Assembly (NCBI GenBank): GCA_934130175.1
Contig: CAKOXP010000008.1
Span: forward strand, 181 to 64,180
Length of the DNA: 64,000 nt
Source: an uncultured Bacilli bacterium
GTDB taxonomy: Bacteria > Bacillota_I > Bacilli_A > RF39 > UBA660
Reading direction: 5' to 3'
The notes beneath the pieces are model-generated. The model saw nothing but the letters and a program-made list of their open reading frames with translations, made no database searches and was not told where the DNA came from. This document shows positions 32,968 through 44,373 of this stretch, piece by piece. Numbering within the stretch: position 1 is the first letter of the stretch; each line of letters begins with the position of its first letter. The position numbers and the translations under genes are program-made.

Positions 32968-34113
32968 TTAATAATTTCTATCCTTTAAAAATGGAGGAAG
33001 ATCAAATTCTGAATCAGAATCATTAGATGAATCCTCATCAATAGGAGTTAATATTTCACTAGTTGGTTGTGATTGATATATCATTTCTGGTTCAACTCTT
33101 TGGGTTCTTCTTGTTTGTTGAACATTGCTGTAAACAGGTTGACTACTTTCTATTTCTCTATTTTTCTTATCGAAACCTGTAGCAATTACAGTAACTATTA
33201 CTTCGTCAGATAAGTTTTCATTAATAACTGAACCAAAGATTGTATTAATATCAGTATTAGCTGCTGCACGTACAACTTCTGCTGCTTGTTCTGCTTCAAA
33301 TAATGTTAAGTTAACTCCACCTGTAATATTGATAATAGCATCAGTTGCTCCTTCAATAGATGTTTCAAGAAGTGGTGAAGATACAGCCTGTTTAGCAGCT
33401 TCAATTGCTCTATCTTCTCCCATACCAATACCAATACCGATAATAGCATGACCACTTTTCTCCATTACAGCTTTAACATCTGCAAAGTCTAGGTTAACAA
33501 GTCCAACTACAGCAATCAAATCAGAAATTGATTGAACACCACGACGTAATACGTTATCAACTTCTTTAAATGCTTCTAACATTGGAGTTGTTTTATCAAT
33601 AATTTCTCTTAATCTATCATTTGGAATAACAATTAAAGTATCTACATGTTTCTTTAATTCTTCTAATCCTTCTAAAGCATTTTGCATTCTCTTCTTACCT
33701 TCGAATGAGAAAGGTTTTGTAACAATTGCTACTGTAAGTGCACCTAAAGCTTGAGCAATTTCAGCAACTACTGGAGCTGCACCAGTTCCAGTTCCTCCAC
33801 CCATTCCACAAGTAACAAATACCATATCTGCTCCTGCTAAAGCATCTTCTATTTCTTTCTTAGATTCAACTGCAGCTTCTTTACCAATCTCTGGTCTTGC
33901 TCCTGCTCCTAATCCATCTGTAAGAGATGCTCCTATTTGAATTTTAACATCTGCTTTAGAACTATTTAATACTTGTAAATCTGTGTTAGCTGCAATAAAC
34001 TCTACTCCCTTAACACCAGATTCAACCATTCTATTGATAGCGTTACCGCCACCTCCACCAAGACCTATTACTTTAATCTTGGCTAATTGATCCATTTCTA
34101 ATCCGCCTATCAT
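32968..34113 (-). CDS. ftsZ: Cell division GTPase FtsZ
   Basis: GLGGGGGNA and [10 protein letters not shown] motifs, with a C-terminal DLPPFLK tail. Confidence 0.97.
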   Translation of the reverse strand: MIGGLEMDQLAKIKVIGLGGGGGNAINRMVESGVKGVEFIAANTDLQVLNSSKADVKIQIGASLTDGLGAGARPEIGKEAAVESKKEIEDALAGADMVFVTCGMGGGTGTGAAPVVAEIAQALGALTVAIVTKPFSFEGKKRMQNALEGLEELKKHVDTLIVIPNDRLREIIDKTTPMLEAFKEVDNVLRRGVQSISDLIAVVGLVNLDFADVKAVMEKSGHAIIGIGIGMGEDRAIEAAKQAVSSPLLETSIEGATDAIINITGGVNLTLFEAEQAAEVVRAAANTDINTIFGSVINENLSDEVIVTVIATGFDKKNREIESSQPVYSNVQQTRRTQRVEPEMIYQSQPTSEILTPIDEDSSNDSDSEFDLPPFLKDRNY

Positions 34114-34125
34114 ACCTGTTCCTCC

Positions 34126-35367
34126 TTAATTTTCAAAAAAACGACCGAATACCTTATTTATAATATTATTGTCATTACTTCCTTTTGTTTCTCTAATTGT
34201 TATTAAACTTTCTATATCAGACTCACTCAACATATTAGTTTGTTTTCCACGTAAATTAAGTTTACTATCAAAATACTTAATAATTCCAAAAACACTACTA
34301 TATTTATTATGTCTAATTCCCATGGTAGTTATATTGCATACTCTTGCTTTTATACCAAGCTCATCTTCTAATAAATATTGGAATCCTGCAAGTTCTGATA
34401 CACCACCTGTTACAATTATATAACGTATTTCTCGTTTTGTTAAGTTTTTTAACTCATTTTTTATCAAATTTAATATTTCTATAAGTCTTGCTTCTACTAC
34501 CTTTGACAATTCTAATTGATTAATTTCTCTTACATTATCGTTATCAATTAGAGCTTTATAGGTCTCATTAACATCTGCATACCTTGCAGAAGATACGACA
34601 AAATTTTCTTTTAAAAATCTAGAGTCTTCCTTACTTGTTTTATAAATATAAGATATATCATTATCTATATTTCTACTTCCAACACTGATAACTTTATTTT
34701 TAATCATAATTCCTTTATTAAAAACAGAAATAGTAGTCTTATCTTCACCAATATTAATAATTGCTCCTACTTGCTTATCAAGATTATTATTCTTAATTGC
34801 AAAATAGTCCCCAGTAGTAGAATAACAAACATCAATTGCATCAACACCACTTAACTTTAATACTTCAAGTATTTTGTATACTAAATCTTTAGGAGAAGTT
34901 GTCATCAAAACTCTTGTTTCAATAGATTTTCCAGCCATTCCTTTGGGATCTTTTATGTTATCTTCTTCATCTACTTTAAAGCTAATTGGTACTGCAGTAA
35001 TAAGTTCCTCATCGTCATAGACATGACCTATTAACGCATCTTTTAAAACATTTGAAACATCTTCACCTGTTATTTCTTGATAGTCAATGACGTCACAACT
35101 TCCTACAACAATATCCATTCTACAATCAATTGCAGGAATACATACTATCGCTTTAGTAATCTTTATTTGAAGCAGTTCATTGATTTTTTTAACAGATTTT
35201 TTAACTGATGTTATAGCCTGCTTTGTATCTACTATAATTCCCTTTTTTATTCCTTGTGATTTTTCACACACTTGGGCAATAACATGAAAATCATTATCTA
35301 CTTTTTGACAAACTAGTATTTTAATAGTATCAGTACCAAGTTCAATACTAGTATAATAGTCATTCAT
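34126..35367 (-). CDS. ftsA: Cell division protein FtsA
   Basis: Actin-like ATPase (IELGTDTIK, VTGGVSELAG) immediately upstream of ftsZ. Confidence 0.9.
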   Translation of the reverse strand: MNDYYTSIELGTDTIKILVCQKVDNDFHVIAQVCEKSQGIKKGIIVDTKQAITSVKKSVKKINELLQIKITKAIVCIPAIDCRMDIVVGSCDVIDYQEITGEDVSNVLKDALIGHVYDDEELITAVPISFKVDEEDNIKDPKGMAGKSIETRVLMTTSPKDLVYKILEVLKLSGVDAIDVCYSTTGDYFAIKNNNLDKQVGAIINIGEDKTTISVFNKGIMIKNKVISVGSRNIDNDISYIYKTSKEDSRFLKENFVVSSARYADVNETYKALIDNDNVREINQLELSKVVEARLIEILNLIKNELKNLTKREIRYIIVTGGVSELAGFQYLLEDELGIKARVCNITTMGIRHNKYSSVFGIIKYFDSKLNLRGKQTNMLSESDIESLITIRETKGSNDNNIINKVFGRFFEN

Positions 35368-35465
35368 ATTATCACTCCAATCTTAACAATATTATTATAC
35401 TATAAATTGATTTCTAGAACAAGATTAATTTAAACTAAAAAGAAGATACTAAAAACAATATCTTC

Positions 35466-36155
35466 CTATTCCTTTATTTGGAAATGATTACCACTATCTA
35501 AGTATAATACCCCTTTTCTTCCATCTAGTTGAGTTAATACTTTATTGTAGTAATTTAGCATTCTAAATTTAGTCAAAGTTAAATAAACACTATTATCATC
35601 GTCCATATATAATAAAAATCTATCTTTATCAAATTCATTAGGTGTGTAGGTTATTTCTGATACCTTTCCTAAAATATCTTTGTCTATTTTCTTTAATCCT
35701 TTTATTAACATATCATACTTAGTATCTGGTACATAATTCATAAGTCTTGGGATTCTAAATAAAGTTACTTCTTCATCTTCCTTTATACTTTTTTTATTTT
35801 CAAAGACAATGGTATGATCAACTTCATAGCTAAATAAGGGAGTATTTTCTTCTATATCTATTTCTAAGACATTATAGAATTTCTTTTTTATTATTGCCTT
35901 TTTTATGTATGGGCTTTTTTCTAATTTTTCTTCAATCAAACTACTTCTAGTTAGAAAAAATGATGGATAATCTTTAATATTTGCAAGTTCTATAATATAA
36001 TCATCATTTAAATAATTAGTATTTTTAATAATAATATTTTTTATTTTTGTATGTAGTAACAAATATATTAATAAAGCAAAAAAAGCTAGTATCAAAAGAC
36101 CTAGAAATAATCTAAATACTCTTAATTTTTTCTTCTTTACTAGTTTCTTTGCCAT
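35466..36155 (-). CDS. divIB: Cell division protein DivIB/FtsQ
   Basis: Basic N-terminus, single TM, then POTRA-like region. Position is between murB and ftsA. Start is ATG 36155 (SD GGGAG 8 nt upstream). Confidence 0.7.
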   Translation of the reverse strand: MAKKLVKKKKLRVFRLFLGLLILAFFALLIYLLLHTKIKNIIIKNTNYLNDDYIIELANIKDYPSFFLTRSSLIEEKLEKSPYIKKAIIKKKFYNVLEIDIEENTPLFSYEVDHTIVFENKKSIKEDEEVTLFRIPRLMNYVPDTKYDMLIKGLKKIDKDILGKVSEITYTPNEFDKDRFLLYMDDDNSVYLTLTKFRMLNYYNKVLTQLDGRKGVLYLDSGNHFQIKE

Positions 36156-36160
36156 ATAGC

Positions 36161-37066
36161 TTACTCCCAATTTACAAATTCTTGTTCTACTCTTAAATCA
36201 ACATTATATTCTTCTTTTACTTTTTCTCTTGCAAGAGTAATTAAATCTCTTACATCAGATGCTTTTGCATTACCCGTATTAATAACAAAGTTAGCATGCT
36301 TATCACTTATCATAGCTCCACCTAATTTATATCCTTTTAGACCACACTTTTCGATTAGTTCTCCAGCAAACATACCGGTTGGATTTCTAAAAACACTTCC
36401 GGCACTTGGATAGTTAAGTGGCTGAGACTCTACTCTTCTTTTCAAACGACTTTTCATTACTTCTTCTATTGCATCTTTCTTACCTTTTTCTAGACGAATA
36501 ACTGCTTCTAAGCAAATATAATCTGGATGTTTTTGAAGGAAAGATGTACGATAGTGAAAATTCATTTCTTTATTTTCAAGTTCTACTATTTTAAAATCTT
36601 TTGTTAAAACTTTTACTGATTGAACAACATATCCCATGTCGCTTTTATAAGCACCAGCATTCATGAATATTGCTCCTCCAACAGTTCCAGGAATACCAGC
36701 AGCAAACTCTAATCCCGTTAATGAATTTTTTAAAGCAACACGAGAAAGCTTCATTAAAGAATAACCTGCCCCTACTTTAATTTTATTATTAATTATTTCA
36801 ATATTATCAAATTCAGTTAGTTTAATTAAAATTCCATCAAATAAATCATCACTAAAAATCAAATTTGAACCATTTCCTAACATCTTATACTTTATATTTT
36901 TTGATCTAATAAATTTCATTAACTTAACTAACTTTTCAGTATTTTTAGGATAGATAACGCATCTAGCTTTACCACCTATTTTATAAGTAGTAAATTTTTT
37001 TAAGGAAGCATCTGTTTCAATTTTTCCTATATTAAGTTGTTTTAAATCTGTTAACCATTCACTCAT
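36161..37066 (-). CDS. murB: UDP-N-acetylenolpyruvoylglucosamine reductase
   Basis: FAD-binding GNGSNL and the SAGSVFRNP motif. Confidence 0.93.
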   Translation of the reverse strand: MSEWLTDLKQLNIGKIETDASLKKFTTYKIGGKARCVIYPKNTEKLVKLMKFIRSKNIKYKMLGNGSNLIFSDDLFDGILIKLTEFDNIEIINNKIKVGAGYSLMKLSRVALKNSLTGLEFAAGIPGTVGGAIFMNAGAYKSDMGYVVQSVKVLTKDFKIVELENKEMNFHYRTSFLQKHPDYICLEAVIRLEKGKKDAIEEVMKSRLKRRVESQPLNYPSAGSVFRNPTGMFAGELIEKCGLKGYKLGGAMISDKHANFVINTGNAKASDVRDLITLAREKVKEEYNVDLRVEQEFVNWE

Positions 37067-37069
37067 CTT

Positions 37070-38152
37070 CTAATCATCCTTAACAATTTTCTTAATTTCT
37101 TGATAAATTCTAGTAGCTGAATCTCTAACCCCTAACTTCAAAGAACTTTCTTTCATTTTATTATATAAAACTTTATTTTCTAAAATAGCATCAATTCTAG
37201 GAATAATACTTGTATAGGAGAAATTATCTTCTTCTATTAACTCTACCGCTCCTAATTCTTCTAGTTCTTTGGCATTTTTATACTGGTGATTATTAGTTAC
37301 ATAAGGAGAAGGAACAAGTATTGAAGGTAGTCCTATCGCAGTTATTTCTGCAATAGTTGATGCCCCTGCTCTTGAGACTAATAAGTCAGTTGATTTTAAA
37401 AGTCCTATAAGATTATCTAAGAAAGGAAGTAATGCTACATTCTTAGGAATAGAAATATTCTTGTAGGAATCATAGTATTTTTTACCTGTAATAATAATAA
37501 CTTGGTAATTTTTGTTATTAAAAGCGGGAATCAATTGCTTTAATTTTTCTGTCATGGTAGTAGAACCAAGAGAACCCATAACTATAACTACTAATTTTTT
37601 ATCTTTATTTAACCCAAATTTTTCTTTTTCTATTCTTTTTGTAGAAATAATTTCTTCACTTCTAGGATTACCAGTATAAACAACCTTGTCTTTTGGAAAA
37701 TCCTTTACGGTATTAGGTAGAGAAACACAAATTCTATCCGCATATCTTGATAACAATTTGTTAGAAACTCCTGGCACTGAATTCTGTTCATGAATTAGAG
37801 TTTTATATTTTAGTTTATGAGCCGCAATCAAAACTGGTGCTGTAATATATCCACCAGCTCCAATAACTATATGAGGATCAAATTCTTTGATTGCTCTTTT
37901 TGCTTCTTTAATTGCTTTTTTATATTTTATAAAAACTCCTATATTTTTAAATATATTCTTTCTATCTAATCCTTCCATTTCAATTCCAACAAATTTTATG
38001 CCTAATTTTGGAATTAGTTCTGCTTCCATTCTATTTGTTGTTCCTATATATAAAAACTGGCTAAGCGGTTCTTTTTCTTTAATTTTATTAAGTATCGCTA
38101 AAGCAGGATAAATATGCCCTCCTGTACCTCCAGCACAGATAACTACTTTCAT
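37070..38152 (-). CDS. murG: Lipid II synthase (UDP-GlcNAc:undecaprenyl-PP-MurNAc-pentapeptide GlcNAc transferase)
   Basis: GGTGGHIYPALA N-terminus and the RAGASTIAE motif. Confidence 0.93.
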   Translation of the reverse strand: MKVVICAGGTGGHIYPALAILNKIKEKEPLSQFLYIGTTNRMEAELIPKLGIKFVGIEMEGLDRKNIFKNIGVFIKYKKAIKEAKRAIKEFDPHIVIGAGGYITAPVLIAAHKLKYKTLIHEQNSVPGVSNKLLSRYADRICVSLPNTVKDFPKDKVVYTGNPRSEEIISTKRIEKEKFGLNKDKKLVVIVMGSLGSTTMTEKLKQLIPAFNNKNYQVIIITGKKYYDSYKNISIPKNVALLPFLDNLIGLLKSTDLLVSRAGASTIAEITAIGLPSILVPSPYVTNNHQYKNAKELEELGAVELIEEDNFSYTSIIPRIDAILENKVLYNKMKESSLKLGVRDSATRIYQEIKKIVKDD

Positions 38153-38224
38153 TCTATCACGTCCTATAACATTATATCATAATTTTATGTTGTTTTTAGA
38201 AAAAAAAGAAGATAATACATAGTT

Positions 38225-38818
38225 TTAATCTTCTAATTGTTGATCTTCTTGAATTGCTTCTACTTTAATAACTCCATGAAAGTGTTGATTCATTATTTCA
38301 TTAGTAGCACTATCTTTTATCCAAAGTTTTAATGAATATGAATTCTTCTCTTCTGAACTAATACTACCAATATCTAATATTCCTGATGTATCTGATAAGT
38401 TTCCTTTTATAGAAGGTTCATTGTTTTTCTGAAATGAATATCTTATATTTGACCAATCTAATTGTTTTGATGAACAACCATCTTTAGTATATGTTTCAGT
38501 ATCATTAACTAACATTAAACGATAATTAGCACCAACTGTACCAGAATTTCTTAAAGTAAATGTGTATGGCTCATATGTCAATCCTTTATTATCAGAAACT
38601 GGAATTGCAGTTGTCAAATCAATGGCATTTTTTTCTGAATTATCAAGTGTCAAAATCAAAGTAGCAGTATCAATTGAATTTACCTTTTTACCTTCATAAA
38701 TCCTAACCCAGACTGCATAGCTTACTGCAAATACACAGATAATAATACTTAAAATTAATACACATAAACCCAATCTATTTACTTTTTTACTTGGATTTTT
38801 TATTTGTTTTTGCTTCAT
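38225..38818 (-). CDS. Stand-alone TasA/camelysin-like (SipW-type signal peptide) secreted protein
   Basis: AVSYAVWV...ATLILTLDN...YTFTLRNSG...SYSLKLWIKD...VIKVEAIQ aligns with the N-modules of 53749..55143 and 58197..59591. It also recalls TasA (GTWAAF...GTLDL...FSFEATQ). Confidence 0.55.
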   Translation of the reverse strand: MKQKQIKNPSKKVNRLGLCVLILSIIICVFAVSYAVWVRIYEGKKVNSIDTATLILTLDNSEKNAIDLTTAIPVSDNKGLTYEPYTFTLRNSGTVGANYRLMLVNDTETYTKDGCSSKQLDWSNIRYSFQKNNEPSIKGNLSDTSGILDIGSISSEEKNSYSLKLWIKDSATNEIMNQHFHGVIKVEAIQEDQQLED

Positions 38819-38932
38819 AAAAACACATCCTATTCTAATTAGAATTATAGCTGATTTATTTTACTTTGTAAATAACAAAAAATAGATTAAATAACTACTT
38901 TACAAAGAAAATGGTACTTTAATTGTACCCTT

Positions 38933-41305
38933 TTACTTATCTCTTAATTTAGCATTATGAGTATTTTCTACTTTTTCTATGATATTATTAAATACAGTCA
39001 TTACTTCTTCATCTGTTAAAGTTCTACTATTATCTTCAAACATACAAGAAAAAGCAATTGATTTTTCATCTTTGCCTACATTTTCTCCTGTGTAAACATC
39101 AAATACTTTAATATCTGAAAGAAGTCTTCCACCAGCTCGTCTGATTGTTGAAGTAACACTATCTGCCATGACATCTTTATCTAAAATGAAAGCCATATCT
39201 TTTTCGATACCTGGATATTTTGGAGCTTCCTTATATTTTAATGGTTTTATATTAGACATTAAAGCTTGCAAAGAAAGTTCAAATACATATACTTCATCTT
39301 TTAAAACTTTAGGATGAACACGACCAATAACACCAATTTCTTTTCTATCTAATAAGATTTTAGCACTAATTCCTGGATGTAGGTCATCTACTTTTTCTTT
39401 AACAAAACTATATCTATTTTTAAATCCCATATAATCAAGTAAATCTTCTACGATTCCTTTTACTACATAGAAATCCACTTTTTTAGAAAAGTCCCAACCA
39501 TTAGAAATATAATTACCTGATAGTAATCCCGCGATTTTACTTTCTTCATTATATGATTTATCATATGTTTTAGCGACTTCGTAAAGTAAGATATCTTTAA
39601 CCTTACGTTTTTTATTATAAGTATATACATTTAGAAGTGAAGGAATAATTGATGTTCTTACAACACTCTTATCTATACTCATTGGATTTGGTAAAATTAC
39701 TTTTTCTTTATGTTCATAGTCAAATAATTTAGCCATATCAGGTGAAACCAAAGTATAAGTTTTAGCTTCATTTAAACCTAATCTTCTAAGTCTTTTAGAT
39801 ACTTGTTTACGATACTTAACATCTCCTATATAATCTCCTCTTCTAATAGGAACAACAGGAAGTGTTGAAACTAGGTTTTGATATCCATAAAGTCTTCCAA
39901 TTTCTTCTGCTATATCATTAACATATGGATCAATATCTAATCTTCTTCTTGGAATTGTAACTTTAAATTTACCATCATTATATTCATAATCAAAGTCTAA
40001 TCTTCCAAGCTCAACCTTCATATCTTCTTCATCTATTTTAATTCCAAGTAATTTATTGATATCTTCTGGACTAAATTCTACTGTTTTAATACTTTTATCA
40101 ACTTTATCATATTTAACAACATCTGTAAGCACCTCAGCATCAGCATACTTTTCAAGTAAATGACAAGCTCGATTTAAAGCTTTATCAGTGTATTCAAAAC
40201 TAAGTCCTTTACCATATCTAATTGAAGCTTCACTTCTAAGATCAAGCTTTGAAGCTGTGTATCTAATACTAACAGGATCAAAGATTGCTGCTTCGATTAA
40301 GATATCAGTTGTATTATCATCTACTTCTGTATTTTCTCCGCCCATTACTCCTGCGATACAAACTGGTTTTTCTCCATCTGTTATTACTATATCTGAAGGT
40401 GATAAAACTCTTTCTTTTCCATCTAAAGTAATTACTTTTTCTTCTTCTTTAGCATCTCTTACTAAAACTTTGTCTCCTAATTTTTTCTTATCAAAGAAAT
40501 GAAGTGGTTGTCCATATTCCAACATTACATAATTAGAAATATCTACAACATTATTAATAGGTCTCATACCTGCTCTTACAAGTCTTTTTTTAATGAAATC
40601 TGGACTTTCTTTAACCTTAACGTTAGTTACCATTCTTGCTGTATAGTAAGGGCACTTTTCTGTTTCAACATCTAAACTAAAATGATTGTTGATAGAGTCA
40701 TAACTTTCTTTAAAACTATCTTCTGGCAACTTAACTTTTCTGTTTAAAATAGCCCCTATTTCATAGGCAAAACCAATATGATAGTAACAATCATTATTTC
40801 TATGTTTATGAATATCTAATTCATATAATGTATCATCAAGTCCTAAATATTTTAAAGGATCTTCTCCTACTTTAGCACTACTATCTAATTCTTCAATTCC
40901 TTTGGCATAAGTTTCATCATTTTTTTCTTCTAAACCTAACTCATATAAAGCACAAATCATTCCATTTGACTCTACTCCACGAATTTTACCCTTTTTAATT
41001 TCAAAATCACCTGGTAAAACAGCTCCTGGAAGAGAAACGATTACTTTTAATCCTTCACGTACATTAGGTGCACCACAAACTATTTGAATAGCTTCACTCT
41101 TACCAATATCAACCATACATACATGTAAATGATCACTATCAGGATGCTCAACACAAGAGATTACTTCTCCAATAACTAAGTTATCAATATGATTAGTAAT
41201 TACTTTTTCAACATTAATACCTGATTGTGTAATTTTTACAGCTAATTCTTTTAAATCTTGATCTGATATATCAATGTAATCACTTACCCACTCTAAACTA
41301 ATCAT
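38933..41305 (-). CDS. pheT: Phenylalanine--tRNA ligase beta subunit
   Basis: 790 aa with tRNA-binding, B3/4, B5 and anticodon-binding-like domains. Overlaps the pheS stop. Confidence 0.95.
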   Translation of the reverse strand: MISLEWVSDYIDISDQDLKELAVKITQSGINVEKVITNHIDNLVIGEVISCVEHPDSDHLHVCMVDIGKSEAIQIVCGAPNVREGLKVIVSLPGAVLPGDFEIKKGKIRGVESNGMICALYELGLEEKNDETYAKGIEELDSSAKVGEDPLKYLGLDDTLYELDIHKHRNNDCYYHIGFAYEIGAILNRKVKLPEDSFKESYDSINNHFSLDVETEKCPYYTARMVTNVKVKESPDFIKKRLVRAGMRPINNVVDISNYVMLEYGQPLHFFDKKKLGDKVLVRDAKEEEKVITLDGKERVLSPSDIVITDGEKPVCIAGVMGGENTEVDDNTTDILIEAAIFDPVSIRYTASKLDLRSEASIRYGKGLSFEYTDKALNRACHLLEKYADAEVLTDVVKYDKVDKSIKTVEFSPEDINKLLGIKIDEEDMKVELGRLDFDYEYNDGKFKVTIPRRRLDIDPYVNDIAEEIGRLYGYQNLVSTLPVVPIRRGDYIGDVKYRKQVSKRLRRLGLNEAKTYTLVSPDMAKLFDYEHKEKVILPNPMSIDKSVVRTSIIPSLLNVYTYNKKRKVKDILLYEVAKTYDKSYNEESKIAGLLSGNYISNGWDFSKKVDFYVVKGIVEDLLDYMGFKNRYSFVKEKVDDLHPGISAKILLDRKEIGVIGRVHPKVLKDEVYVFELSLQALMSNIKPLKYKEAPKYPGIEKDMAFILDKDVMADSVTSTIRRAGGRLLSDIKVFDVYTGENVGKDEKSIAFSCMFEDNSRTLTDEEVMTVFNNIIEKVENTHNAKLRDK

Positions 41306-42356
41306 TTAAATCTTTCTCCTTTCTATCAAATACTTTTTCTTCTCTTAAATCTGTATTATAGAAAACTCTACAGTCATTAATTCCATATTTTAACATTGCA
41401 AGTCGTTCTGATCCAAATCCGAAAGCAAAACCACTCCATTTTTCTGGATCATATCCACTAGATTTTAAAACATTTGGATGAACTACACCTGCTCCTGCTA
41501 CGGTAATCCAACCTGTATTTTTACAAATATTGCATCCTGCTCCATGACAGTTAAAACAACTAATATCCGCTTCTACAGATGGTTCAGTAAATTGATAATA
41601 ACTTGGATGAAGACGTGTTTCTGTTTCAGGTCCAAATAATTTTTTTACTAAAACATCAATTGTACCTTTCAAGTCTGATAAGGAAATATTTTTATCAACT
41701 AATAATCCTTCTATTTGCATAAATTGATGTGAATGAGTTGCATCATCATCATCTCTTCTATAAGTTTTTCCAGGACAAATTACACGAATTGGAACTTCTC
41801 CTTTTCCTTTTAACATTGTACGAACTTGAACTGGTGAGGTTTGACTTCTAAGTAAAACTTCTTCTCCTTCTATATAGAATGTATCTTGAGCATCTCTAGC
41901 TGGATGTCCCTTTGGAATATTTAACATTTCAAAGTTATATTTATCAAGTTCTATTTCAGGTCCATCCACTACATCATATCCCATAGACATAAAAACTTCT
42001 TCGACTTCTTCTACTAGTTTTTCTAAGATACTAGGAGCACCACTTGCTACTTTAGTAGCAGGAAGTGATATATCAATAGCTTCACTTGCTAATTTTTTAT
42101 TAAGAATCTCTTCTTCATAAGCATTCTTTCTATTTTCATAAAATTCTGTAAAAATACCTCTAACTTCATTAACACTTCCTCCAAACTCTTTTTTCTCTTC
42201 ATTTGGAATTTCCTTTATTAATTGATTGAGATTAGTTATAAGTCCTTTTTTACCTAAATACTTTACTTTTAACTCATTAAGTTCATCCATATTAGAAATA
42301 GTATCCATATCTTTTTCTAATAGTTTTTTAACTTCTTCTACTTGTTCATATTTCAT
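41298..42356 (-). CDS. pheS: Phenylalanine--tRNA ligase alpha subunit
   Basis: Class II motifs (GHPARD, FRRDDDDATHSHQFMQIEG, GFAFGFGSERL). Confidence 0.95.
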   Translation of the reverse strand: MKYEQVEEVKKLLEKDMDTISNMDELNELKVKYLGKKGLITNLNQLIKEIPNEEKKEFGGSVNEVRGIFTEFYENRKNAYEEEILNKKLASEAIDISLPATKVASGAPSILEKLVEEVEEVFMSMGYDVVDGPEIELDKYNFEMLNIPKGHPARDAQDTFYIEGEEVLLRSQTSPVQVRTMLKGKGEVPIRVICPGKTYRRDDDDATHSHQFMQIEGLLVDKNISLSDLKGTIDVLVKKLFGPETETRLHPSYYQFTEPSVEADISCFNCHGAGCNICKNTGWITVAGAGVVHPNVLKSSGYDPEKWSGFAFGFGSERLAMLKYGINDCRVFYNTDLREEKVFDRKEKDLND

Positions 42357-42591
42357 ATATATCCTCCTTACAAAAAAAATAACTATAATCTAAGGACGAA
42401 TTATCGCGGTACCACCTTAGTTTATAGTTATTTATTACTTACTATACACTTATATTCTTTTAACGCAAGAATTACGCTTACTATTAATAAGGACTCCTAA
42501 GACGAATTCGTATAATTATATTATCTGTTTCCACCAACCACAGACTCTCTAAAAATAATCATTATATTACTACTTCTTAATCAACATCGAT
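42357..42591 (-). promoter_or_regulatory. T-box leader (Phe) with terminator/antiterminator
   Basis: Minus strand has an extended -10 TGaTATAAT (42598..42606). Stem I-like elements are CGATGTTGA, AGAGAG and GGTGGAAAC, and a GAA-UUC-G specifier candidate lies at 42504..42509. The T-box motif is AAGGTGGTACCGCG (42405..42418). The terminator is CTATAAACTAAGG...CCTTAGATTATAG followed by T8 (42371..42427). Confidence 0.85.
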
Positions 42592-42632
42592 AGCTGTATT
42601 ATATCACAAAAAGTACAAATTTACTAGTGTTT

Positions 42633-43184
42633 TTAGACTGTTAGTAATTCTTGTTCTTTTGCTTTTAAAATTTCTTCTATTTTCTTATTATATTGATTTA
42701 CTAAATCTTGAATATCTTTTTCTACTTGTTTTTCTAAATCTTCTGGAAGTTCTTGTTTTTTAGCCTCATCTAAACCATCATGTCTTGCATTTCTAATTGA
42801 TACTTTAGCATCTTCTGCCATAGCTTTTACTTGTTTTGTTAATTCTTTTCTTCTTTCCTCAGTTAGTGCTGGAATTACAATTCTAATTGATTCTCCATCA
42901 TTGTTTGGAGTATAACCTAAATTTGATTCAAAGATTGCTTTTTCAATATCTTTTAAACATCCTTTATCAAATGGTTTTATTAATAATTGTGTAGCCTCAG
43001 GTACAGAAATTGTCGCTAACTGTTTAAGTGGAGTCATAGATCCATAATAAGATACAACAATACCATCTAAACTTGAAGGATTAGCTCTTCCTGCTCTTAC
43101 TGTTCTAAGTCTTTGTTCATATGATTCTATTGTTTTATTCATCTTTTCTTTTGCTAAAGAAATAATTGTTTCATTCATTTTCAT
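42633..43184 (-). CDS. frr: Ribosome recycling factor
   Basis: 183 aa: LRTVRAGRANPSSLDGI...IPALTEERRKEL. Confidence 0.95.
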   Translation of the reverse strand: MKMNETIISLAKEKMNKTIESYEQRLRTVRAGRANPSSLDGIVVSYYGSMTPLKQLATISVPEATQLLIKPFDKGCLKDIEKAIFESNLGYTPNNDGESIRIVIPALTEERRKELTKQVKAMAEDAKVSIRNARHDGLDEAKKQELPEDLEKQVEKDIQDLVNQYNKKIEEILKAKEQELLTV

Positions 43185-43247
43185 CTCTCCTTAAGTATTA
43201 TTATAATATATTAAAATTATAAAATAAAGAAAAAGTAGAAATAATTT

Positions 43248-44297
43248 CTACTTAACTAATTCTATACTTTCTAAATAATAATTATTATTATCTTTGTCAA
43301 AATCAAAAGTATATTTATATTGATTTAATTTAGCATAATCTTTTTCAATATCAAATGTTTCATATGTATAATCAGTCAATTGGTCAACACCCTTAGCATT
43401 AGTAATATCATAAGCCTTGTATATATTTCCCTCTGCTGTTATCTCAATAGCAACATTAATATATAATTTATTATTATCTTTCTCAACTTTAACTATTTTT
43501 CTTTTCATTGACATAGCTGAAGTTCCACCACAACCAGTTTTTTCTTTATATTGATAATATCCATTTGCATATTCATAATATTTGCAAGTTCCATAATCAA
43601 TAGTTTCTTCGTGTGCTTTAAATTTATCTTTTCCAAATAGTTCTGTTAAACTTTCATCTAACTGTTCTTTAGAAAAATAAAAGGGTGATCTTATATTAGC
43701 AACGCCTAATACTTGAATATAGTCAGCACTAAAGTTTGCAGGTGTTGTCTTATCTTTTGCATATAGAATTTCATAATTTGCAGCATCTTGAGATGAACTA
43801 ACTGAATTATCATATCTTTCGATTAATTTCTTTGCAAAAATACTTGTAGGTTCTATTTCTTCTATTTCATTATTTTTATCATTTTTTATTTCTTTATTAG
43901 ACTTCTTATTTGCCTCACTCTTATTAACTTCAGTACTATCAGTTTTATTAAAAATTTCAAAATAATAATAGCTACCACCAGCACCCAAAGCAAGACAAAT
44001 GATAATTATTAAAAATGTAGTGAATGGATTTCTTTTCTTATATTTCTTGTTTTTTTTCTTCTTTTTTGATTCTAGGAATTCTTCTTCGTCATCATTTTCT
44101 TCTTCTTTTTTTGTTAAATCAGGTTTATCAGCTTCTAGAACACTTGGCATATCCTTTGGCGGATCAATTTTAACCTCTGGGAAAGAAACTGTTTCTTCTA
44201 AAGATTCGACCTGATCATTATTTTCTGGATTAAATATTGCTGACTTCTGGCCTACCTCAGCAACAAATGTGTTACTCATTTCATCATCTTTGTTCAT
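43248..44297 (-). CDS. Bitopic membrane protein of unknown function (acidic cytoplasmic N-terminus, TM, extracytoplasmic domain)
   Basis: AAGGAG lies 9 nt before ATG 44297. A K-rich stop-transfer KKKKKNKKYKKRN is followed by the TM FTTFLIIIICLALGAGG. Confidence 0.5.
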   Translation of the reverse strand: MNKDDEMSNTFVAEVGQKSAIFNPENNDQVESLEETVSFPEVKIDPPKDMPSVLEADKPDLTKKEEENDDEEEFLESKKKKKNKKYKKRNPFTTFLIIIICLALGAGGSYYYFEIFNKTDSTEVNKSEANKKSNKEIKNDKNNEIEEIEPTSIFAKKLIERYDNSVSSSQDAANYEILYAKDKTTPANFSADYIQVLGVANIRSPFYFSKEQLDESLTELFGKDKFKAHEETIDYGTCKYYEYANGYYQYKEKTGCGGTSAMSMKRKIVKVEKDNNKLYINVAIEITAEGNIYKAYDITNAKGVDQLTDYTYETFDIEKDYAKLNQYKYTFDFDKDNNNYYLESIELVK

Positions 44298-44373
44298 ATA
44301 TAACAACTCCTTATCTTCTTAATATAACTACATTATATAATTAAAGAAGAAAAATAGCAAGAAAAAAAGAATT

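Noticed and set aside
42504-42509. GAATTC palindrome in the pheS leader, considered as a protein operator.
   Set aside because: It is better explained as the GAA-UUC-G specifier-loop context of the Phe T-box.
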